Shown: positions 1 through 10,350, counted from the stretch's first letter. The stretch: DNA of 64,000 bases from Candidatus Latescibacterota bacterium (GCA_963422735.1 OY730476.1:1-64000), one strand, 5' to 3'. Numbers and translations: made by a program. The notes: generated by a model from the sequence alone, not told the origin.

Positions 1-372
1 ACAGCGAATTCACTCGGACAAGTATACACGGTGGGATCTCGCGATCAGCCAGCGGCTTCCTTGGTTTGGAATGCAGGCGTTTTTTAACCTAAATAATATT
101 ACAGGCGCGGATGATATTGATCTCAATCAGAAAACTAGCTTTCCGGCGTTGCAAGAACGTTATGGTATGACGGCGGATATTGGATTGAGAGTGATGCTCT
201 AGTGGCACGATGAGGGTCTTGGCAGATACCTTGCAGACAGTCCCACAAGATCGCGTCACCATCAAAAGAAATCGCTGCAGTTTGCAAAGTCTTCACCTCT
301 CCTCTCGGTTGTGCAATAGACAGAATTAGTGGCCGCCGCGACAAGGCCTCAAGTCTTCAGGCTTGGGAGGCA

Positions 373-2607
373 TCACCTATCTATATTTCGCACCAGTACT
401 CTCATTCTTTTGGCAGAGTAGCTCTGTGCATTGCCGGAAAAAGTCCAATCGGAGTGTTTATCAACCCGATTACCAATGCCAATATCGGCGCGCTCGCCCC
501 GACGCCAGTGGTTGATGGCAAATAGCGTCTGTTCTGTAGTGGCGTTGTGTATCTGCATACTGCCATAGCCGTCGGCGGGATCTATAGGCTGGTCGCCAAA
601 GTCGTAGCTATGCTGAGAGGCATTGGGGACATCGGCGGTGTTGGCAGAGGCGTAGTTGTTGGGCCAGAATTCGATGTAGCCTCCTTCCAGGCCGATGCCG
701 TTGTGTACTCCCGTGTTGGACCAGATGTTCATCCGGGCAACGGGTTGTTGGAAGTGGGATCCCGAGGCCAAGGTGGGTACGCCGATCATTTTGAGGTTAT
801 CGGTAAAGGCATCCAGTGAAACGTAGAGAAAGCGCGTTTCGCCATCACTGTGTTGCAATTCCACAAAATAGGCGATGCGGTCAAAAGGCGCGGTAATCGC
901 AGCGCTATTGTCGACATCGTAGTGAATATCCACACCGAGGTTGGCCAGATCGAGGTCGTACACGAGGCGATAGTCTTCCGCTTCAGGCACTTCCATTTCG
1001 AGTAGGTCGCGTTGGGGCACGCTACCAGCGCGGAATGGGGCGGCGGGTAGGCCGGCGGCGTTAACTAGATTGGGTTCGGCGAGCTTGTGCCAGGCAAAGC
1101 GCACCGCCACGGGATGTTCGACACCAGGTGCCGAAACTACGATCTCATCGCCTACTATCCTGGCATTTGCCCTGATAAATCCGCCGCGTTCTCGGTCGAT
1201 CACTGCAAAGTGATCTGGTGCTGCGCCGTCGCGTGTTTTCAGGCCGCCGTGATCAAAGCGCAAGTGAATTTTGTCGCCTTTGATCCGCATCGAATGATAG
1301 AGCGGACCTGAATAGCCCACCTCTTGGTTATAGGTTTTGGCCAGTGCCACCAGTGCCAAGCGCCGCCCGACCTCCTGCTTGTTTTTAGGGTGGATATCAT
1401 CGAGGTCGCCGACATCGTGGATGATGACCATGCCGGTGTGGGGAATTTCCAGCGCGGCCGTTTGCGCCTCCCAGAATTTGGGCAGTACATCAGACGCTTC
1501 GTCGCCGTAGGAATAAGGGGCGATCTGCACGTAGTAAAACGGAAACTCGCCGCTTGGCCAAAGGCGGCGCCAGCCTCCGATGAGTGCCTTCATTTTTTCG
1601 GTATAGAGCATGCCCTCGGTGTGGTTGGACTCGCCCTGGTACCAGATAGCGCCGCGCAAGGCAAAGGGGACGAGGGGGTGGATCATGGCGTTGTAGAGCA
1701 CTGTGGGTTGCTGCGGGTCGTTTGGCGGCAGGAGTTCGGGGGGATAGGTCGGCATTTCCGGTACCGGCTCTTCGCTTTGTCGCGCCGCCCGGGCGGCGTT
1801 AAGCCAAGTTTCGACTTCGTCTAATACGCCTCCTAAACGCTCTTTGTACAGATCGCTGCGCGGATTTTGCAATTGTAGTTGCTCGTAGATATCGCGCGTA
1901 GCAGGTACTGCGGCAAAACCGGCGGGCGGGATCCAGGGTTCGATGCGGGTGCCGCCCCAAGCTGCCTGAATCAGGCCGATGGGCACGTCGAGTTCGCGCT
2001 GCAAGTGGCGGCCGAAGTAGTAGGCGGCGGCTGAGAATCCACCCCAGCCGCCTTGGGCGATGGTCTCCGGGGTACAGAGGTGCCAATCGGCCTCGATGTC
2101 CGTTTGTGGTTCAGTGCTGAGTTTTTTGGGAATCTGGAAGAGACGGATTTGTGGATGATTGGCTGCGGCGATCTCCGCTTCTGGGTTGAGGCAGAGACTG
2201 ACTCCCATTTCCATATTTGATTGCCCCGAGCAGAGCCAGACTTCGCCGACGAGCACGTTTTGCAGTTCAATGCTATTGGTGCCTGTCACAGTCAGTGCAT
2301 GGGGTCCACCGGCTTCGAGCGGTAGCAGTTCCACCTTCCACTCGCCCTGTGCATTGGTGCTGGTGTGGTTGATTTGGCCGAGAAATTCGACGGTGATCTG
2401 CTCTCCAGGGTCAGCCCAACCCCAGATGGGCAGGGGCCTATCGCGCTGCAATACCATGTGATCGCCAAATATCTTGGGCAGGCGTACGTCGGCAAAGGTC
2501 GATGGAGCGAGAGCTGACGCGAGGACCAGGACGATCGGATACAGGGGATTGAGGGGAAGGAAATATAGAGGTTTTCGCATGAGTTCTGTGCAGTTATAGG
2601 AATACAT
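373..2607 (-). CDS. Sialate O-acetylesterase (SASA/SGNH) with signal peptide and extra C-terminal domain
   Basis: Motifs GEVWLCSGQSNM, WYQGESN, DIHPKNK; hydrophobic N-terminus; true start may be 2581. Confidence 0.88.
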   Translation of the reverse strand: MYSYNCTELMRKPLYFLPLNPLYPIVLVLASALAPSTFADVRLPKIFGDHMVLQRDRPLPIWGWADPGEQITVEFLGQINHTSTNAQGEWKVELLPLEAGGPHALTVTGTNSIELQNVLVGEVWLCSGQSNMEMGVSLCLNPEAEIAAANHPQIRLFQIPKKLSTEPQTDIEADWHLCTPETIAQGGWGGFSAAAYYFGRHLQRELDVPIGLIQAAWGGTRIEPWIPPAGFAAVPATRDIYEQLQLQNPRSDLYKERLGGVLDEVETWLNAARAARQSEEPVPEMPTYPPELLPPNDPQQPTVLYNAMIHPLVPFALRGAIWYQGESNHTEGMLYTEKMKALIGGWRRLWPSGEFPFYYVQIAPYSYGDEASDVLPKFWEAQTAALEIPHTGMVIIHDVGDLDDIHPKNKQEVGRRLALVALAKTYNQEVGYSGPLYHSMRIKGDKIHLRFDHGGLKTRDGAAPDHFAVIDRERGGFIRANARIVGDEIVVSAPGVEHPVAVRFAWHKLAEPNLVNAAGLPAAPFRAGSVPQRDLLEMEVPEAEDYRLVYDLDLANLGVDIHYDVDNSAAITAPFDRIAYFVELQHSDGETRFLYVSLDAFTDNLKMIGVPTLASGSHFQQPVARMNIWSNTGVHNGIGLEGGYIEFWPNNYASANTADVPNASQHSYDFGDQPIDPADGYGSMQIHNATTEQTLFAINHWRRGERADIGIGNRVDKHSDWTFSGNAQSYSAKRMRVLVRNIDR

Positions 2608-2625
2608 ATATTGCCGTTTTCTGGC

Positions 2626-3022
2626 TTACTCAGGGGTGTAGGTTATTTCGAGCTTGATACCGTCAGGGTCGAAGAAGAATGTCGCGTAGTATCCCTCGCC
2701 GTACTCTGGACAGTCGCTCGGCGGCTACATGCTCTAGATTCTTGATCCCCTCTTCGTAGAGTCTTCCGACCTCTGCCTGAGTCCACGGAAAAGGCGAGAT
2801 GGTGCAGTCCAGCTTTTCCCCTCTTGTGTCGGCCAGCTTCCGTAGTGTGTCCGATCAACAGGACCATCCCATCCTTCTCGAATCGCAACCTGTCGATCTC
2901 GCCATCCTCTGTCAGCCGCGGGGCAATTCTCGGAATCCAAGCCCTTCTAGCAAAGGCGAGTAGAATCTCGTTGCAATATCTAGATCGGAGACTGATAACC
3001 GGATGTGATGGATGGCCGTCAT
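2626..3022 (-). pseudogene. VOC/glyoxalase family protein, disrupted
   Basis: Fragments across frames: MTAIHHIRLSVSDLDIATRFY, GLHHLAFSVDS, YGEGYYATFFFDPDGIKLEI; internal stops and frameshifts. Confidence 0.8.
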
Positions 3023-3079
3023 CTATTTCTTGGTGTTCGTCGTTTGATAGTTTGTGCTACGTCGATACCGTGTGACGAC

Positions 3080-3557
3080 TTATTGGATAGATGCCTGTCT
3101 TCGTTGCAGATTACTCAGTTTATCATAGGTGTGCGAGCCAGAAAGTTTGCAGTGCCTCAGTTGAGGTGCTGAGGATAATATCGTCTTTGCCAAACTCCCC
3201 AGGATTCTTCTCAAGCAGTTCTTGCAACCGTCTGAATTAGGAAAACGTATCTGTAATGTTGGCTCAATTTGCTTGACAGATGCAAATGAATGCACGGGCA
3301 GGATATGAAGTTGGTAGAAAACGCCTGATTTCCAAAAGGTGGGCCTCAAGGATGCTCTGTTCTCCTTCATCCTCATAAACGACGCACTTATACCGTTGCT
3401 CGTCCTGTTTCGAGTCTTCCTCTGTCCACTGGCCAATAAGGCGTGTATCAAAGAGCACGTTTTCATCGGTATATAGTGGGTGCATAGATCGGACTATACA
3501 TCCAGATAGCAAGAGCAAAGCTCCGAACGGGAAGACCAATAGTTTCAAACGCTGCAT
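3080..3557 (-). pseudogene. Lipoprotein remnant (frameshifted)
   Basis: Lipobox LLLSGC then SMHPLYT..LIGQW; good RBS; coding signal continues in another frame. Confidence 0.5.
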
Positions 3558-3702
3558 GATTCATCCTCCTCCCGGTCGTTTGGTTTTTTAGCCCCTAAGT
3601 CTGCGAGTTTTGTCGCTGTGCGTTAAGAATAATCACATAACAGGCCGCAACTGGTGCCCAAGCAGGCGACCCACAGGCAGCGCACTAATGGTTGGAGGAG
3701 CA

Positions 3703-5304
3703 TCATTTCTTCTTCCCGCGGTGATCTTTTTGCAAAAAGGCGTTGGCCCAGGCGCTTGTCCCCTGTAAGGCCGCGTCCTTGATGACGGCTGTATCCCCGA
3801 GCATTTGTTCCTCTTCGCCATAGGCCTTGAGGCGGTCGTAGGCTCGCGCCCAGATGCAGTCCTTGTCGCCGACTTCGCACTTGCCTTGGCGCGTACCGCC
3901 GCAGGGACCGTTGCGCTGGTTTTTGACGCACTGAGACTCCGGGCACAAATAGGCGATGTCCGGCAGCGAGCAATCGCCGCAGTCGCGGCAGTCAAAAGCG
4001 GCGATCTTGAGTACGTGCTCGGCCGCGTGGAAGAGCTTAGCGGCCTTGGGGTGTTCGGTTAGGGCGCGTGCGAGCTGAGTGCCAGCGCGAAAACCTGTGC
4101 TCTCGGGCGCGAAAACTTGATCGTGGATGTGCCGGTTTAACTTGTAACTCAGGGGCAGGCGGGCGCGTGCTTGGCTGAGGGCGGCTTGCTCTTTGGAGGC
4201 GAGGTACGTGCGATTGACGGTCGTCGAGCTGAGGCTGGTGTCGCCATCGGGTTCAAAAAAGTAGAATTCGTCGGCAAAGGAGAAGCAAAGTTCCTTGGCG
4301 AAGTCGCGCCAGTCGTCTTCTGAGTATGCCGCCGCGAGGGCGAGGACCTTTTCGTAGTCGCCGTATTGCAGGTGCCCGCCGAGATAAGCCCCCCGATAGC
4401 CGAGGCCCTTGGCGATGGCACATTGCTTGGCGGCCAACTCCAAGAAGAAGGCTCGGCCCTTGTCGTTGGCTTGGGCCTGCTTTTCGACGATGGCCATCAG
4501 TTCATCGGTGACTTCGACCCCGGGAATGCGGCCCTTGTGGAAAAAGCGGGCCGCGGGCCGCGAGAGCACGTACACATTGGCGATGACCGGGACTTCTAGG
4601 CCGTACAGGGCCATGTATTTGAGCAGCTCGTCCTGCTTGCGTGCGTCGTAGCCGATCTGGCTGATGACAAAATCCGCGCCGGCGCGGATTTTTTTAGCCA
4701 GCTTGAAGTATTGGGGCATGGCCTCGCGCTCGTAGCGCTTGTGGTTGTTGACTACGGCCCCTAGGTAAAAATCCGTGGCCTCCATGCGCTGTGTCCGCTT
4801 GCCCTTTTTTGTTTCTAAGCCGGCGTTCATGGCGGCGAACATTTCGAGTAACCCGACCGAGTCGAGGTCAAAGACCCCCCCGGCCGTGCCCTGATAGCCG
4901 CTGATGGGATAATCACCAGACAGGGCGAGGATGTTGTTGAAGCCCTCGCTGGCGAGTTGCCAAGCGCGGCCTTGGAGCGCGTTGCGGTTCCAGTCCTTGC
5001 AGGAGAGGTGGATGATGACGTCTTGGCCGCGCGAGATCAGGTCTGTGCCGAGGGTGTCCGGGTTGATCATGGCGTTGCCCCCGGGGTTATCGGTTATGCT
5101 CAGGGCGTGGAATTGTGGGTGCTCGGCGAGGCGACGAGCAAGAGCGAGGACCTTGCGGCCGTCGCGCTCGGTGATTAAGCCCCGAGAGGTCACCAACTCG
5201 ACGATGTGGACGAAGGTGTCGGTGGCTTCGAGCAAGTGGCGCAGGGGTTTTTTTTGCCAAGCGCCCGAGTAGCGAGCGGGCGGATGGAGCGCGGTCAGGG
5301 ACAT
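3703..5304 (-). CDS. metF: Methylenetetrahydrofolate reductase with C-terminal Cys-rich MetV/MTHFR_C domain
   Basis: SITDNPGG, IIHLSCKDWN, LALSGDYP, GADFVISQ; C-terminal CRDCGDC..CPESQC.KNQRNGPCGG..CEV..CIW. Confidence 0.82.
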   Translation of the reverse strand: MSLTALHPPARYSGAWQKKPLRHLLEATDTFVHIVELVTSRGLITERDGRKVLALARRLAEHPQFHALSITDNPGGNAMINPDTLGTDLISRGQDVIIHLSCKDWNRNALQGRAWQLASEGFNNILALSGDYPISGYQGTAGGVFDLDSVGLLEMFAAMNAGLETKKGKRTQRMEATDFYLGAVVNNHKRYEREAMPQYFKLAKKIRAGADFVISQIGYDARKQDELLKYMALYGLEVPVIANVYVLSRPAARFFHKGRIPGVEVTDELMAIVEKQAQANDKGRAFFLELAAKQCAIAKGLGYRGAYLGGHLQYGDYEKVLALAAAYSEDDWRDFAKELCFSFADEFYFFEPDGDTSLSSTTVNRTYLASKEQAALSQARARLPLSYKLNRHIHDQVFAPESTGFRAGTQLARALTEHPKAAKLFHAAEHVLKIAAFDCRDCGDCSLPDIAYLCPESQCVKNQRNGPCGGTRQGKCEVGDKDCIWARAYDRLKAYGEEEQMLGDTAVIKDAALQGTSAWANAFLQKDHRGKKK

Positions 5305-5306
5305 GG

Positions 5307-7184
5307 CTAAAGTGCGGCGGGCATGGGTTTGAATTGGCAGCCCTCGACGAAGAGTTCAAAAAAGTCGGGGGTCGTCTCCAACTCGACGTGCTCAATGCGC
5401 TTGGCCAGTGCTTCGATGCGGGCGCGTTTGCCGGCGGAGAGCAGCACTTCGCGCGCGCCTTGGACGGCGGCGTTGCCCACCTTGGCGATGCGCGCTGTGG
5501 GCACGGGCGCCAAAAAACCGATGTCGATGGCGGATTGGACATCGACGTAGTTGGCAAAGCCACCGGCGAGGTATATCTGTTGCACATCGCCCGGATCTAG
5601 GCCCAAGGTCCGCAAGACGATGTACTGGCCGCAGAAATTGGCGGCTTTGGCTTGGGCTAGGTTGGAAGCGTCGAGGCGCGAGAAGGTGATGCCGCGCTCA
5701 GGGACTAGCTCAAACAGGCGCTTTTTGGCGGCGAAGACGCCCTTGGGGGTCATTAAATCGTGGCGGCGCAACTCAGCGAGGAGGTCGATTAGCCCGGAGC
5801 CACACAGCCCCGCCGGTGGGGCGTGGCCGATGGTTTCCCACTGCCAGCGCGTGCCGTCCCAGCGGATGGATTCAATGGCTCCATCGCAGCCGGGCATACC
5901 ATAGGTGATGCCGCCGCCCTCAAAAGCTGGCCCGGCCGGGCAAGAGGCCGCGACGAGGCGGCCTTGGTGCGCGACGACGACTTCGGTGTTGGTGCCCACA
6001 TCGACCAGCATCGCGCTCTCGCTAGCAAGGTCCATATTGACGGCGACTAAGTCAGCGGCTACATCCGCGCCGACGTGGCTGGCGATCAGCGGCAGCGAGT
6101 ACGCGCGCGCTTTGGGATTGGCTTTCAGACCGAGGCGGCGGGTCTTTTCGACTAGGCTGGTCGCGGTGCGTTCGCCGCTTAGATACTCGTGTTCGATGAG
6201 CGATTTATAGGGCTTTTGGCCGATGCTCTGGACGTCGAGGCGGAAGAGGATATCGCGCATCGTCGAGTTGCCAGCGACCGCGATTTCGTAAATCTCCTGC
6301 CGCACAAAGCAGCCGCGTCGGCAGAGGTTCTCGATTTCGTGGTTGAGCACCTTGACTAGGGCTTGGCGCAGTTCGCCGGGGTGTTGCCCGTCGTAGGAGA
6401 TGCGATGCATGATGTCGCTGCCGCCAAAGCGCTGTGGGTTTTCAAACGCGCTCAACTGTACACTCTCGCCCGTCTCCAAATCAACTAAGTCGAGGACGAT
6501 GGTGGTGGTGCCCAAGTCGATGGCTAGGCCGTAGAGGTGGCCGCGGTATTGGTCAACTTCCTCGTCGCCGTAGTAGATGGCTTGCCCTCGCCGCTGGACT
6601 ACCGGGTCGATCTCGGCGGACCGGTCCACGGTCTGGGTCAGTATCCGGGGCGTGCGAAAAAGTGGTGCGAACTCGATATCGACATCGGCGTCTTCGACTT
6701 TGGCTTGGCAGGCGAGCCGGAACTCGCCGCGGAGAAAGTCCTCGGCTGGCGTCGGCGCGTTGAGAGCCTGCGCCCCGCTTGTGACCTCGACGATGCACTC
6801 GTGGCAGTGGCCAGTGCGTCCGCAGGAGGTGGGCACTCGGGCGCCGAGCTGATCCGCGTAGTCGAAGAGGGTGCCGCCGGTGGATAGCGGATAGGAGGTG
6901 CCGTCGCAGCGGATTTGCCCGCGGCCGAGCGCGGGCGGGCGTTGGGCCAACTCCCAAGCTGAGCGGTAGTCGAGCTGGTCGTCGCCGCCGCACTGGAACA
7001 GCCCATCCGGCTTTTGCGGCTTGCGCTGATTGCGGCAGCCGAAGTGGGCGGTGCATTGGTCAGAGCGGTTCTTGTACGGGCAGCGGAAGGTAGCCTGTTC
7101 GTCGGCATGGGTGGCGATGCCCGAGAGGATGCCCGACAGGCGGTCGAGCCGCTTTTGGTACTCTTGGGGGTCAATTTGGGTCAT
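5307..7184 (-). CDS. ASKHA-family reductive activator of corrinoid proteins (RACo/RamA-like) with 2Fe-2S domain
   Basis: CGRTGHCHEC..RLACQ ferredoxin; AIDLGTTT, DVGTNTE, GPAFEGG, LCGSG, YLAGGF, GNAA; start placed at MTQIDPQEY (7184). Confidence 0.9.
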   Translation of the reverse strand: MTQIDPQEYQKRLDRLSGILSGIATHADEQATFRCPYKNRSDQCTAHFGCRNQRKPQKPDGLFQCGGDDQLDYRSAWELAQRPPALGRGQIRCDGTSYPLSTGGTLFDYADQLGARVPTSCGRTGHCHECIVEVTSGAQALNAPTPAEDFLRGEFRLACQAKVEDADVDIEFAPLFRTPRILTQTVDRSAEIDPVVQRRGQAIYYGDEEVDQYRGHLYGLAIDLGTTTIVLDLVDLETGESVQLSAFENPQRFGGSDIMHRISYDGQHPGELRQALVKVLNHEIENLCRRGCFVRQEIYEIAVAGNSTMRDILFRLDVQSIGQKPYKSLIEHEYLSGERTATSLVEKTRRLGLKANPKARAYSLPLIASHVGADVAADLVAVNMDLASESAMLVDVGTNTEVVVAHQGRLVAASCPAGPAFEGGGITYGMPGCDGAIESIRWDGTRWQWETIGHAPPAGLCGSGLIDLLAELRRHDLMTPKGVFAAKKRLFELVPERGITFSRLDASNLAQAKAANFCGQYIVLRTLGLDPGDVQQIYLAGGFANYVDVQSAIDIGFLAPVPTARIAKVGNAAVQGAREVLLSAGKRARIEALAKRIEHVELETTPDFFELFVEGCQFKPMPAAL

Positions 7185-7595
7185 AGGGAATAGTGTGAGT
7201 CTGGGTGTATGCGCGTTCCTTAATGATATCCGGTTCCATAAGGGCGAGGAATTCTTGGATGCGCTCTTTGTCGAGCTCTTCCCTGCCAACTATATCGATA
7301 AAGCTGAGAACTGAGCTGCCACTCGGTACTAGGTCCACGGATTCGGCGACGAGTTCTCCTAGATTCTTATAGGCTATCTGGTCAACAGTTCCTTCTTTAT
7401 CAAACCGCATATTTTTGGGCGGATCGCTCTCGTGGTGTCGATGCAGGAAGGCATTGATACCGACCTTGGCCTTGTTGCCTTTTCCATAGCGTCGAGAATA
7501 GGATCTTCTTCCTCGGATTCCAATCCTGCATATTGCCAACGGATGTAAATGAGCTCCGTTTATAGAGATTGGTATCGCTGGAGGGCATCACTCAT
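7171..7595 (-). pseudogene. Degraded small genes inserted in the operon (possible toxin-partner fragment plus an unassigned fragment)
   Basis: Lower GC; MSDALQRYQSL*TELIYIRWQYAGLESEEEDPILDAME begins overlapping the stop of the upstream remnant. Confidence 0.35.
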
Positions 7596-7885
7596 ATTTC
7601 ACCCACTTCTCTTTAGTGTCGTGTAAGTTCTATTCGAACTCCTCGAACAAACAGCACTGCGCTGGCTCAATAAGCGCGTGAGTCTGCTTATCTCTACGCA
7701 GGTTCAAAGCAGAAGACAAGTTCGGTAGCCGCATAGGGTCGTCCGGGGTTACGGACATTCTGCCCGTCTGGGGATGGACCTTTCCGGCGCGAATGGGGAT
7801 GTCGATTCGCGGCCCGCAGATGCTAACGCCCAATGTTCTCGCCGACCGTCCCGTTAGGGCCCTCTTTCATAGCTCGAAAGACAAT
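7588..7885 (-). pseudogene. Remnant resembling Tse2-like ADP-ribosyltransferase toxin
   Basis: Reconstructed FRAMKEG..SARTLGV..IDIPI..KVHPQTGRMSVTPDDP..LP..THALIEP..EEFE*; frameshift, stop and apparent deletion; family call from recalled motifs. Confidence 0.45.
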
Positions 7886-7893
7886 CCGCGCCG

Positions 7894-8649
7894 CTACTCG
7901 TCTGCGATCTCGCTCAGCAAGTCCTTGGCCAAGGCCACGCAAGCGAGGGCGTCCTTGCCGTAGCCGTCGGCGCCCATGTCATCGGCAAATTCTTGGGTCA
8001 CGGGCGCACCGCCAACCATGATTTTGACGTCGTCGCGCAAGTCGGCGTCGATGAATGCATCGATGGTCTTGCCCATGTTCGGCATGGTAGTGGTCAACAG
8101 GGCCGACATGCCCAAGAGCGGGGCTTCGTGCTCTTCGACTGCGTCGATGAACTCGTCTTCGGAGGTATCTACACCTAGGTCGTGGACGACGAAGCCGGCC
8201 CCGCGCAGCATCATAATGCACAAGTTCTTGCCGATGTCGTGGAGGTCGCCCTTGACCGTGCCCATAATGGCCGTGCCAACGGGGTCGATCCCAGAAGCCG
8301 AGAGGATGGGTTCGACATGGGTCATGCCGGCTTTCATAGCGCGGGCGCAGGCGAGGACCTCGGGAACGAAGATGAAGTTTTCGCGGAACTTGATGCCCAC
8401 AATAGCCATGCCGGCGATGAGGCCGTCGTCCATGACCTCTAGGGCTCCTACGCCTCCAGCAAGGGCGCGGCCGGTCAGCTCGTCTACGGTGAGGTGCTCG
8501 CCGTCGATGAGAGCGGCGGCAATGTCCTGCATGTCGGTGCTGGCTTGGGCGAACAGCGCGATGATGCGCTCGCGCTCGTCGTCGCGCTCGATGAACTCTT
8601 CGATCTCGTCGCGGATAAACTCGTTGGCAATGTCGGTGATGTCTGCCAT
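7894..8649 (-). CDS. Methyltransferase corrinoid (cobalamin-binding) protein
   Basis: GTVKGDLHDIGKN (DxHxxG), SALLTTT, VGGAP, cap-domain FVPEVL; start MADITDIA at 8649. Confidence 0.93.
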   Translation of the reverse strand: MADITDIANEFIRDEIEEFIERDDERERIIALFAQASTDMQDIAAALIDGEHLTVDELTGRALAGGVGALEVMDDGLIAGMAIVGIKFRENFIFVPEVLACARAMKAGMTHVEPILSASGIDPVGTAIMGTVKGDLHDIGKNLCIMMLRGAGFVVHDLGVDTSEDEFIDAVEEHEAPLLGMSALLTTTMPNMGKTIDAFIDADLRDDVKIMVGGAPVTQEFADDMGADGYGKDALACVALAKDLLSEIADE

Positions 8650-8662
8650 AAGATCTCTTCTC

Positions 8663-9697
8663 TTAGTTGCGAACTTGGTCCCGGTGCCACTCATGCACCG
8701 TGCGGGGGATGGCCTTGAGGTTTTCGATGGAGGTCTGCAAGGGGATGGCGCACTCCGGGCCGATGAGCTGGACGCCGGCTTCGAGATTGCGCACGACTTC
8801 GGCACCGACGGCTTCCGGCCCTTTGGCAAAGAGGGTCTCGGGGTTGTTGATGTTGCCTACTAACGAGATGCGGTCGCGCACGATTTGGGTGGATTCTTCG
8901 GGCGTGTTCTTGGAATCGTAGTGAAAGGCCGCCATGCCGGTTTGGGCGATGTACTCCATGCGGTCAACTGTGCGACCGCATATGTGGAGGATGATGGGCA
9001 CGGACAGCCGCTCGGCAAACTCGATGTGCAGGTCGCGCAGGTAGCGCTCGTAGTACTCGCCGCTGACGAGGTCGCCGGTGGCGTGGTCAGGCAGGGTCAG
9101 AGCGTCGGCACCGGCCTCGATCTGCGCTTGGCCGAACTCAATGGTGATCTCTTTCATGCGGTCGAGGCAGAGCTTGGTCTTGCCTGGGTCGTCGAGCGAC
9201 AGCAGCAGAAAAGGCTCGACCCCGAAGCAGTGGTAGCCCAGCGACCAAGGCCCCATGGTCTTGCCGACGATGGCGACTTCGTCGCCGTATTCCTTGCGCA
9301 GGATCTTGATCGCCTCGGTGACGCAGGCCGTGTCGGGGTGGGTACAGAGGTCAGAGGGTACGACAATATCGTCTGGCTCGTCCCAGATCGGCTCGCTCAT
9401 GCGGACGGTGGGCCAATTGTCCTTCTGCTCCCACTGGATCTTGCACCCGAGGGCCGAGGACTCTTGGATGATGGTGAAGACCGGCATGACGGTGTCAAAG
9501 CCCAGCTCGGTATAGCCGGTGGCAGCCAGCCGCGCCATCATCTCGGGCTCGCGGTTGGCCGCGGGGAAGGGGGCATCGACGAGGTCCATCAATTCGACGG
9601 TGGCCAACGAGGTCGGGTTGCAGAGCGGAGTGCGGTCCACAGGCTCGCGGGCAAGGGCGGCGAGGACGCGCTCGCGGCTGGTCATCGAAGAGGGCAT
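8663..9697 (-). CDS. MtaA/CmuA-family (UroD-fold) methylcobamide methyltransferase
   Basis: MTSRERVLAAL, Zn ligands LHICG and PECAIP, LVGNIN. Confidence 0.85.
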   Translation of the reverse strand: MPSSMTSRERVLAALAREPVDRTPLCNPTSLATVELMDLVDAPFPAANREPEMMARLAATGYTELGFDTVMPVFTIIQESSALGCKIQWEQKDNWPTVRMSEPIWDEPDDIVVPSDLCTHPDTACVTEAIKILRKEYGDEVAIVGKTMGPWSLGYHCFGVEPFLLLSLDDPGKTKLCLDRMKEITIEFGQAQIEAGADALTLPDHATGDLVSGEYYERYLRDLHIEFAERLSVPIILHICGRTVDRMEYIAQTGMAAFHYDSKNTPEESTQIVRDRISLVGNINNPETLFAKGPEAVGAEVVRNLEAGVQLIGPECAIPLQTSIENLKAIPRTVHEWHRDQVRN

Positions 9698-9708
9698 GAT
9701 TGACTCCT

Positions 9709-10344
9709 TTATTCTTGGGCGCTGGGGGCTGAGAGTACGCCGCGGCTGGCCATGGCTTCGGCCTCGCGCACGGCGGCTCGCACGTTGGGAGCACGGACGA
9801 GCAAGAGGCCGAGCAAGGCATCGTGCGTGAGGCCGCAGCCGAACTGGGCTTGGTTGGGTTGGTCGGCGACCTCGTCCATTTCACCGAGGCGGATTAAGCC
9901 GCGGGCGATGGTAGCAACGCGGCGTTCTATGCCTCGGACCTGTTCGGTGGCGCGGGCTTGATACAGACCCTGCCCGAGGCTGGCGACGGCAATGGTGGCG
10001 TTAGCCTTTTTGTCGAAGATGTGTAGCGGGCGCGGCTCTAGGGGCTGAGCTGGCGGCAGCTTGCAAGCCTCTAGGAAGAGCCGCTTGACCGCGAGCCTAT
10101 GGGCGTACCCGCAGGGAAAGCTGAGCGGGCCGGCACTCGTTTGTTCCATGCCCCCGAGCACCTGCATGGCGCGGGCGACCCCGGCGATGCGCTCGGCCGC
10201 CCCAAGGCGACGGCTGTAGGTGTGGACTTGGTAGCAGGGCCGTCCGGGGCCGTCCGGGCAATAGAGCGCGATGGAAATGTCGTCGAAGTGGGAATCCATG
10301 GAGACCAATTCGACGCGCGATCCAAGATCCAAAGTCATCTGCAT
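9709..10344 (-). CDS. Hypothetical protein with internal duplication, first gene of methyl-transfer operon
   Basis: Co-oriented, 11-bp gap to next gene; two CGxxH motifs. Confidence 0.7.
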   Translation of the reverse strand: MQMTLDLGSRVELVSMDSHFDDISIALYCPDGPGRPCYQVHTYSRRLGAAERIAGVARAMQVLGGMEQTSAGPLSFPCGYAHRLAVKRLFLEACKLPPAQPLEPRPLHIFDKKANATIAVASLGQGLYQARATEQVRGIERRVATIARGLIRLGEMDEVADQPNQAQFGCGLTHDALLGLLLVRAPNVRAAVREAEAMASRGVLSAPSAQE

Positions 10345-10350
10345 TTCCTC

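Noticed and set aside
1-372. Short ORF 135-344
   Set aside because: No motif, RBS or codon support
7976-9703. Long plus-strand ORFs (295 and 272 aa)
   Set aside because: Antisense shadows of the corrinoid and methyltransferase genes
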